Shown: positions 54,694 to 61,360 of the stretch, piece by piece
Layout: each line of letters starts with the position of its first letter
How positions within the stretch are numbered: the stretch's first letter is position 1
From: an uncultured Gaiellaceae bacterium
GTDB taxonomy: Bacteria; Actinomycetota; Thermoleophilia; Gaiellales; Gaiellaceae
DNA length: 64,000 nucleotides
NCBI GenBank assembly: GCA_963697925.1
Contig: OY969104.1
Coordinates: 945,633-1,009,632 of the forward strand
Reading direction: 5' to 3'
Notes under the pieces: model-generated
The model's database searches: none
Told to the model about the DNA's origin: nothing
Seen by the model: only the letters and a program-made list of their open reading frames with translations
Made by a program: the position numbers and the translations under genes

Positions 54694-55667
54694 GCCTCCG
54701 AGCCTACACCCGGACGAGGCTGTCGCGCTCCCCGCGCGATCAGCTCGGGTGCTCCGCGCTCCGCGAACGGGATGGCGATCACGTCGAAGTCGCTCGGGAC
54801 GACGGTCTCGGGAAAGAGCTGACGCGCCTCTGCCTTCACGTCGGAGCTGTGGTAGCGGCTCGAGAGATGCGTCAGCGCCAGCATCACCGCTCCTGCCTCA
54901 CGCGCGGCGAGCGCGGCCTCGCCCGCCGTCGAATGCCCGGTCTCGCGTGCCCGGTCGCGCTCGTCGGCGCAGAAGGTGCCGTCGTGCACGAGCAGGTCGG
55001 CGCCTGCTGCGGCATCGACGACGGACGCCGCCGGCGCCGTGTCACCCGTCAGCGCGACCTTGCGGCCCGGCCGGGCAGGCCCGAGCAGCTGCGCGGGCTC
55101 GACGACACTGCCGTCCGCGAGCGTGACCGGCTCACCGCGCTGCAGGGCGCCGCGCTCGGGACCGTGCGGCACGCCGAGCTCGTCGGCGATACCGGCGTCG
55201 AACCGCCCCGGACGGCTCTCCTCCACGATCGCATAGCCGAGCGCGGGCACGCCGTGGGCGACGGCGAACGGAACGACCGCGTAGCCGTCCCGCCGGATGG
55301 CGTCGCCGGGCTCGAGCTCGACGGTGTCGACCCGGTAGGTGAGACGACCGAAGATCTTCGCCAGCTCCGCAAACAGCGCTCGCAGGCCACGCGGGCCGTA
55401 GACCGTGAGCGGCACCTCGCGCCCCCGCAGGGCGAACGTCTTCAGCATCCCCGGGAGGCCGAGGTAGTGATCGGCATGGAAGTGAGTGACGAACACGTCC
55501 TCGAGATCGACGAGCCCGATCTCGGAGCGCAGCAGCTGGCGCTGTGTTCCCTCGCCGCAGTCGATCAACAGCCGGTCGCCCCCACGGCGCACGAGCGTGG
55601 CGGCAGGAGCCCGGCGCGCGGTGGGCGCAGACCCGGACGTCCCGAGGAACACGACGTCGAGGTCCAC
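54690..55667 (-). CDS. rnz: ribonuclease Z (MBL-fold tRNA 3' endonuclease)
   Basis: VVFLGTSGSAPT..R......V..GG...LIDCGEGTQRQL......DVFVTHFHADHYLGLPG.L. GTG start with a TACAAT hexamer 8 nt upstream. Confidence 0.85.
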   Translation of the reverse strand: MDLDVVFLGTSGSAPTARRAPAATLVRRGGDRLLIDCGEGTQRQLLRSEIGLVDLEDVFVTHFHADHYLGLPGMLKTFALRGREVPLTVYGPRGLRALFAELAKIFGRLTYRVDTVELEPGDAIRRDGYAVVPFAVAHGVPALGYAIVEESRPGRFDAGIADELGVPHGPERGALQRGEPVTLADGSVVEPAQLLGPARPGRKVALTGDTAPAASVVDAAAGADLLVHDGTFCADERDRARETGHSTAGEAALAAREAGAVMLALTHLSSRYHSSDVKAEARQLFPETVVPSDFDVIAIPFAERGAPELIARGARQPRPGVGSEA

Positions 55668-55731
55668 GACCGGTGATTGTACCGCCCCTCGCCGGCCGCT
55701 CGGCCGGCGGCGTTCGCGATAGGCTCGCGCC

Positions 55732-57360
55732 GTGGGCGAGCGACTCCAGGGAGGGCGCCTGGCCGCGCAGGCGATCGCCGCGGAAGGCGTGGATGCGATC
55801 TTCACCCTGTCGGGCGGTCACGTGATGCCGATCTACGAGGGCTGCCGCCACGAGGGCGTCGGCGTCATCGACGTCCGCCACGAGCAGTCGGCGGCGCATG
55901 CGGCGGAGGCCTGGGGCCGGGTGCGGCGCCACTGCGGCGTCGCCGTGGTGACGGCCGGCCCCGGCGTGACCGGGACGGTGACGGCAGTCGCGAACGCGTA
56001 CGCGGCCCAGGTGCCGCTCGTCGTGATCGGCGGCGCCCGGCCGCTCGCGCAGGCCGAGCAGGGTGCGCTGCAGGAGTTCGACCAGCTCTCCGTGCTGAAG
56101 CCGATCACCAAGTGGGCCGGCGTCTGCGCCCACACGGCGCGGATCCCGGAGCTCGTCGCCCTCGCCTTCCGGCACGCGCTTGCCCCGCCGCGCGGCCCGG
56201 TCTACCTGGAGCTGCCAATGGACGTGCTGTTCGACGAGGCTGTCGCCGACCGCGAGCCCGGCCCCGCCCGGGTGACGTCCCGGGCCTTCGGCGACCCGGG
56301 CGCGATCGAGCGTGCGGCCGCGCTGCTCTCCGGGGCCGAGCGTCCCGCGATCGTGGGCGGCTCGGGCATCTGGTGGGACGACGCCGCCGGCTCGCTCTCC
56401 CGCCTGGCGGAGGCGCTGCACGCGCCCGTGTTCCTGAACGGCTCGGGCCGCGGCTCGCTGCCGCCCGACCACCCCTCGTTCTTCCAGCATGCGCGGGGCG
56501 CTGCTCTCGACGCGGCAGACGTCGTGCTCGTCGTGGGCGCCACGCTCGACTTCCGGCTGCGGTACGGCCGCTTCGGCGACGGGGCCCTGGTGCACGTCCA
56601 CGGTGATCCGCGCGAGCTCGGCCGCAACCGGCTGCCGGACGTCGGCATCGCCGGCGACTGCGACGCTGTCCTCGACGGCCTCGCGAGCGCGGTGAAGCCG
56701 ACGGAGCGCAGCCGACCCGGGTGGTTCGCGGCGCTGCGGGAGGCGGAAGCCGCCTGGTGGGCCGGCCACCAGGCACAGGTCGATTCCGACGCGGCGCCCA
56801 TCCATCACTACCGGCTCGGCCGCGAGCTCGACCGGGTGCTCGACCCCGACACGGTCGTGATCGGCGACGGCGGCGACGTGGTGGCGGCGGTCTCCCGGGT
56901 CCTGCGGGTGCACCGGCCCGGGCACTGGCTCGATCCCGGGCCGTTCGGCTGTCTCGGCGCGGGGCCGGGGTATGCGCTCGGGGTCGGGGCGGCGCGATTC
57001 GGAGGCCGCATCGTGATGGTGCTGGGCGACGGCGCCTTCGGGCTCAACGGCTTCGACTTCGACAGCCTCGTGCGCTTCGGCGTCCCCGCCGTCGCCGTGA
57101 TCGGGAACGACGGCGCCTGGGGGGAGATCAGGATCCCGCAGATCGGGATCTACGGCGAGGAGGGCGAGGTGGCGACGCGGCTGGCGCCCAGCCGCTACGA
57201 GCGCCTCTGCGACGTGTTCGGCGGGCACGCGGAGCATGTCGAGCGCCCGGAGGAGCTGGCACCGGCACTGGAGCGGGCGCTCGCCTCGGGTGAGCCCGCG
57301 ATCGTGAACGTCATGCTCGACCCGGACGCGATGGCCGGGCACGCCTACCGCGGCATGTGA
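55732..57360 (+). CDS. thiamine-diphosphate-dependent enzyme (acetolactate-synthase-like family; specific function not assignable)
   Basis: The N-terminal Pyr domain is GG.LAAQAIAAEGVD.IF.LSGGH...IY....H....VIDVRHEQSAAHAAEAW.R. The TPP-binding motif is GDGAFGLNGFDFDSLVRFGVPAVAVIGNDGAWG. Confidence 0.85.
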   Translation: MGERLQGGRLAAQAIAAEGVDAIFTLSGGHVMPIYEGCRHEGVGVIDVRHEQSAAHAAEAWGRVRRHCGVAVVTAGPGVTGTVTAVANAYAAQVPLVVIGGARPLAQAEQGALQEFDQLSVLKPITKWAGVCAHTARIPELVALAFRHALAPPRGPVYLELPMDVLFDEAVADREPGPARVTSRAFGDPGAIERAAALLSGAERPAIVGGSGIWWDDAAGSLSRLAEALHAPVFLNGSGRGSLPPDHPSFFQHARGAALDAADVVLVVGATLDFRLRYGRFGDGALVHVHGDPRELGRNRLPDVGIAGDCDAVLDGLASAVKPTERSRPGWFAALREAEAAWWAGHQAQVDSDAAPIHHYRLGRELDRVLDPDTVVIGDGGDVVAAVSRVLRVHRPGHWLDPGPFGCLGAGPGYALGVGAARFGGRIVMVLGDGAFGLNGFDFDSLVRFGVPAVAVIGNDGAWGEIRIPQIGIYGEEGEVATRLAPSRYERLCDVFGGHAEHVERPEELAPALERALASGEPAIVNVMLDPDAMAGHAYRGM

Positions 57361-57387
57361 TCCCCGGCGCCTGGCGGCCCGGGGCCG

Positions 57388-57627
57388 TCAGGGAAGGACG
57401 ATCAGCTGCCCCGGGCGGATCGTGGTGCCCGTGAGCCGATTGCGCTGCTGCAGCTCCCACACGCCCTTGCGCGGATCGCCCGCGAGATGGGCTGCGGCGA
57501 TCGACCACAGCGTGTCGCCGGCCCGGACGCGGTACGACTGCTCGGGCCCGCTCGCGCCCGAGTCGCGTGCGAACAGCGCCCACAGCCCCACGGCGAGGAC
57601 TGCGACGACGATGAGGCGAACGAACAT
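57388..57627 (-). CDS. small TM + LysM-domain protein (YneA/ChiZ-like candidate SOS cell-division inhibitor)
   Basis: It has an N-terminal TM segment (MFVRLIVVAVLAVGLWALFA), then the LysM domain YRVRAGDTLWSIAAAHL...NRL....IRPGQLIVLP. The start codon is embedded in a LexA box. Confidence 0.8.
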   Translation of the reverse strand: MFVRLIVVAVLAVGLWALFARDSGASGPEQSYRVRAGDTLWSIAAAHLAGDPRKGVWELQQRNRLTGTTIRPGQLIVLP

Positions 57628-57634
57628 GTGTTCG
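57621..57634. promoter_or_regulatory. LexA (SOS) box 1: CGAAC-ATGT-GTTCG, overlapping the LysM gene start codon
   Basis: A perfect CGAAC-N4-GTTCG inverted repeat read directly. The ATG (57627-57625 on the minus strand) lies inside it. Confidence 0.75.
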
Positions 57635-57640
57635 ATACTA
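57635..57640 (-). promoter_or_regulatory. -10-like hexamer TAGTAT, 7 nt upstream of the LysM ATG (leaderless-type promoter)
   Basis: The minus strand reads CGAACAGGTGTTCG-TAG-TAGTAT-CGAACAC-ATG. There is no room for an SD. Confidence 0.45.
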
Positions 57641-57643
57641 CTA

Positions 57644-57657
57644 CGAACACCTGTTCG
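57644..57657. promoter_or_regulatory. LexA (SOS) box 2: CGAAC-ACCT-GTTCG
   Basis: A second perfect CGAAC-N4-GTTCG, 9 nt from box 1 and 4 nt downstream of the upstream gene's stop. Confidence 0.75.
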
Positions 57658-57660
57658 CTG

Positions 57661-59148
57661 TCAAGGCCCGGTGGGCACCCTCACGAACGACGAGCCGCGG
57701 GCCGGGTTGGCCTGGGCGGAGATGACGGCCGCGACGGCGACCCGCCCGCGCACGGCCACGGGCACGTCGAGCTTGGCCGCGACCCGGAACCGAGGCGTCA
57801 GGCGGCCCTTCCAGCAGGGAGCGAGCGCGCGCGCGAGGAGGGAGCGAACGGACGCCACGAGGCGCTTGGACTCGGAGCCCGCCGGCACGAGGCACACCAC
57901 GGCGCGCGCTGCCTCCTTGGCCCCGACGAGCGTCTTCACGGCGCCGGAGCGCTGCAGCTTGGGTGTGCTCATGCCGGCGCCGCTGACGCGGACGGCGGGA
58001 ATCCAGGCCGACAGCCGGGTGCAGGGGCTCGAGCGGGTCTTGGCGATCGCGGCCGAGACCGCAGCGGCGGCGGGTCGCGCCGTGCCGTTGACGCGGTGGA
58101 GCGCTGCCTGGAAGCCCGAGCTCCGCGTCGCGTCGTCGTAGAACCCGAAGAAGTTCAGCTCGGCCACGTCGGGATCGCACGAGACGCGGCGCACGAGCTC
58201 GCCGTAGACGGCGGCCTGCCGCTTCTCCGACGTGACGGGCACGTTCTCGACGCCGGCGTAGCCCTCGAGGCCCGCAGTGCCGACCTGCCACCCGGCCTCG
58301 TTCAGGTAGAGCTGGAGGCCTTCCACCGTCGTCGGCTGACCGGTGTCGTGGAAGGCGTCCCAGAAGGCCTGCTTGATCCGCGCGAGATCCGCGTAGCCCG
58401 CATTCGGCCAGTCGTAGCGGCGCAGGAGCGAGTCGGTGGCGGCGCGTGGGTAGAGATGGAACGCGAGCCCGTCCATCAGCGGCTGCGCGCGCCCGCTCTT
58501 CCGGTACCAGGTGCCCAGGGCGCCGAGGAAGCGGACGGGCGAGGTGGAGAGATTGGTGCGCGCCTTGGGGTTGTCGTTGCCCCGCGGCGAGAGGCCGACG
58601 CCGACCACCGTGATGCCCGCGTCGATCCGCTTCAGCGCGTCGTACGCGGCGGCAAGATAGCGGCCGAAGGACGGTGCCGAGAGCACCTTGCCGCTGCTCG
58701 AGAGCTGCGGCCGCCAGAACGCCGGCTGGTTCGGCTCGTTGCCGATCACGAACTGCGTCACCTGCGGGTACGTCCGCGCCACCAGCGCCACGTAGTCGGC
58801 GAAGGCGGCTACCTCCGCCTTCGTCCTCGTCAGCGCCCGCGGCGGGTACGGGTACATCGCGAACACCACCTTCAGCCCCTGGCGGACGGCCTCGGGAACG
58901 GCCTTGTCGAGGAACTCCTCGCCCTGGATCGTGCCCGGCTCACCGGGCACGAAGCGCACCGTCATCACGGTCTGCTTGAGGCCGATCGCGGTCATCTTCC
59001 CGAAGAACGCGCTGCCGCCGTCCTCGGCGTACTTACCGGTGTCGTCGTTCGCGCCGATGTCGGCGGCACTGGCCGTGCCCGCGCATGCGAGCGCCAGTGC
59101 GGCGAGAACGAGGCCCGTGAAGGCGTGCGAGCGCGAGTGCTTCCCCAT
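57661..59148 (-). CDS. secreted TIM-barrel glycoside-hydrolase-like protein (GH5-like NEP motif)
   Basis: It has a signal peptide (LVLAALALACAGTASA) and FVIGNEPN (a clan GH-A acid/base-type motif). The C-terminal roughly 150 aa have unknown function. Confidence 0.55.
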   Translation of the reverse strand: MGKHSRSHAFTGLVLAALALACAGTASAADIGANDDTGKYAEDGGSAFFGKMTAIGLKQTVMTVRFVPGEPGTIQGEEFLDKAVPEAVRQGLKVVFAMYPYPPRALTRTKAEVAAFADYVALVARTYPQVTQFVIGNEPNQPAFWRPQLSSSGKVLSAPSFGRYLAAAYDALKRIDAGITVVGVGLSPRGNDNPKARTNLSTSPVRFLGALGTWYRKSGRAQPLMDGLAFHLYPRAATDSLLRRYDWPNAGYADLARIKQAFWDAFHDTGQPTTVEGLQLYLNEAGWQVGTAGLEGYAGVENVPVTSEKRQAAVYGELVRRVSCDPDVAELNFFGFYDDATRSSGFQAALHRVNGTARPAAAAVSAAIAKTRSSPCTRLSAWIPAVRVSGAGMSTPKLQRSGAVKTLVGAKEAARAVVCLVPAGSESKRLVASVRSLLARALAPCWKGRLTPRFRVAAKLDVPVAVRGRVAVAAVISAQANPARGSSFVRVPTGP

Positions 59149-59185
59149 AGCAGTATCCGCTCCCCCAGCGGGGAAGGGGCACAGA

Positions 59186-60208
59186 CTACAGAACGCTCAG
59201 GACGGCGTCGAGAAGAAGCGACGATCCGAAGCGGACCGGATCGTCTGCCGGCAGACCCGTCTGCGCAGCGGCGTCGTCGAGCGCCGCCCGTGCACCCGCC
59301 TCGTCGAGGCGCGCCGTGTTCACGGCCACGCATGCCACCACGGGCCGTCGTGCCTGCAGCCCCACCCGCTCGTAGAGATCGACGAGCTCGGGCAGGGGCA
59401 GGAGCGGATGCCCGGGATAGCCCTCCACCTCGACGTCCCCGGCGCGGTGGCAGAGCACGAGGGCATGCGGTGCGGCGCCGTGCAGCAGCCCGAGGGTGAC
59501 GCCGGAATACGCAGGGTGCGTGATCGCACCTTGCCCTTCCACGAGCAGCAGCTCTCCCCCGCGCGCTGCCCCCTCGACGACCAGCTGCTCTGTGGCGCCG
59601 GCGATGAAGTCGGCGACCACCGCATCGACCGACAGCCCCCAGCCGGCGATCGCGATCCCCGTCTGGCCCGTCGGCACGAAAACCGCTGCGATGCCCCGCC
59701 TGTGCGCCTCGCGCTCGAGCTCCAGGGAGACCGTCATCTTCCCGATCGCGCAGTCCGAGCCGACCGTGAGCACGGTGCGGCACGGCAGCTCCAGGTTGGC
59801 GCCCGTCGGCACGTTGAGGTTCCCGGGCGAGCGCCGCAGGTCGGTGAGCGTGACTCCGCGGCGGCCGGCCAGGTCGGCCAGCTCCTGGTCGTCGGCCAGG
59901 AACTCGTGCAGCCCGTTCTCGATCGAGATTCCCTCGTGGATGCAGGCCTTCAGGATCTCGCGCCAGGCCGGTGGGAACGTCCCTCCCTGGGTGGCGACGC
60001 CCACGAGGGCGACGGTCGGCTCGAGCGCGAGCGACTCGGGCACGCCGGCGACGACCGGCACCCCGTCCATCGTCTCCCCGGCGCGCGCGGAGTCGAGGAT
60101 GCCTACCACCTCGTCACGGCGGTAGCGCAGCACGCCACGCATCGTCTTGCCGTAGTGCGGATCGCCCGAGTACCCCTCAGCCAGGATGAGGACGCGCCTA
60201 GCCGACAC
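59186..60208 (-). CDS. DUF1611-family protein (P-loop-like; DgcN-type putative N-acetyltransferase)
   Basis: VLILAEG......GKT..G.LRY....VVG.LD...AG...VGSDCAIGKM.....L.......G......TGQTG is the DUF1611 pattern, paired with a dipeptide-epimerase-like gene as is usual for this family. Confidence 0.75.
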   Translation of the reverse strand: MSARRVLILAEGYSGDPHYGKTMRGVLRYRRDEVVGILDSARAGETMDGVPVVAGVPESLALEPTVALVGVATQGGTFPPAWREILKACIHEGISIENGLHEFLADDQELADLAGRRGVTLTDLRRSPGNLNVPTGANLELPCRTVLTVGSDCAIGKMTVSLELEREAHRRGIAAVFVPTGQTGIAIAGWGLSVDAVVADFIAGATEQLVVEGAARGGELLLVEGQGAITHPAYSGVTLGLLHGAAPHALVLCHRAGDVEVEGYPGHPLLPLPELVDLYERVGLQARRPVVACVAVNTARLDEAGARAALDDAAAQTGLPADDPVRFGSSLLLDAVLSVL

Positions 60209-61202
60209 CGAGCCCCGGCCCCTCCCCGGGGACCTGCACTCCGTCGACGAATGCCACCCCGGGACAGGGATCCTCCGCGATCAACAGGTTCCCGTCGAGG
60301 TCGACGTGGTCGCAGAGAGGGGCGACCACGCACCCTGCCGCGATGCCGAGCCCGGACTCGACCATGCAGCCGAGCATCACACCGAGCCCGAGAGCGCGCG
60401 CAGCGTGCGCCATGCGAATGCCCTCCCTGATGCCGCCCGACTTGGCGAGCTTGATGTTGATGCCGTGGGCGATCTCCGCGCACGCGGCGACGTCACCGAG
60501 CGTGTGGCAGTCCTCGTCGACGTAGATCGGCACGGGTGACCGACGCTTCAGCTCGGCCCCGCCCGGATCGCCCGCAGGGAGCGGCTGCTCGACGTACTCG
60601 ACGCCGAGCTCGGCCAGCTGCGGGATCGCCTCGAGCGCCTCCTCGAGGGTCCACCACTCGTTCACATCGACCTGCAAGGGCAGCTCCGTGCGCGCGCGCA
60701 CCGCTCGCACCCGCTCGACGTCGAGGCCGTCGCCGCCGCCGAGCTTCAGCTTGAGCCGCCGGAACCGGCCCGTGACGCGCTCCGTCCGGCGCGCCATGTC
60801 GTCGGGGTCGCCGAGCCAGACCGTCCACGACGTCGGCGGCCCGACCCGAGGCAGGCCGAGCAGCTTCCAGACGGGGACGCCCAGGAGCTTTCCCTGCAGG
60901 TCGTGCAGCGCCGCGTCGAGCGCCGCCTTGGCAGCCTGCTCGCCGGGCACGGCCGCGAGCCGCGCGCCGATCTCCTCGAGCGCGAACGGGTCGTCTCCGA
61001 TCAGCTCCCCGTGCTGCTCGACGAACGCGAGCGCCGACTCCGCCGACTCCGAATACCGCTCGACCGGGGCGGCCTCGCCCCGGCCCGCCGTGCCGCCGTG
61101 GGTGAGCTCGACCTGGACCACATCCTCCTCGTCCCGTGTCTCGCGGGAGATGACGAAGGTCTCGGCCAGCCGAAGCCGGACGATGCTCGCGTTGATCTGC
61201 AC
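60198..61202 (-). CDS. enolase-superfamily dipeptide (L-Ala-D/L-Glu) epimerase-like / N-acyl amino acid racemase-like enzyme
   Basis: FVISRE........V.L...G..G.GEA.P...Y..E, LKLKLG, QVDVNE.W, VEQPL, IYVDEDC, INIKLAKSGG and GCM.ES give the Lys/Asp/Glu/Asp metal and base pattern of MLE-subgroup enolases. GTG start proposed. Confidence 0.85.
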   Translation of the reverse strand: MQINASIVRLRLAETFVISRETRDEEDVVQVELTHGGTAGRGEAAPVERYSESAESALAFVEQHGELIGDDPFALEEIGARLAAVPGEQAAKAALDAALHDLQGKLLGVPVWKLLGLPRVGPPTSWTVWLGDPDDMARRTERVTGRFRRLKLKLGGGDGLDVERVRAVRARTELPLQVDVNEWWTLEEALEAIPQLAELGVEYVEQPLPAGDPGGAELKRRSPVPIYVDEDCHTLGDVAACAEIAHGINIKLAKSGGIREGIRMAHAARALGLGVMLGCMVESGLGIAAGCVVAPLCDHVDLDGNLLIAEDPCPGVAFVDGVQVPGEGPGLGVG

Positions 61203-61360
61203 GCGCGCAAGCCTACTGGGCGGCGACGCGTGAGCTCTCCACTCCCTGAGTCGAGTGACGAGCGACGCCGCACTGGCTCCGATATCGCTCCCGTGGTCAC
61301 TCTCGCCGTCTCGCCACGGCTCGCGGACGAAAAGCACCTCACGGGAGGGCTCCGGCTGCC

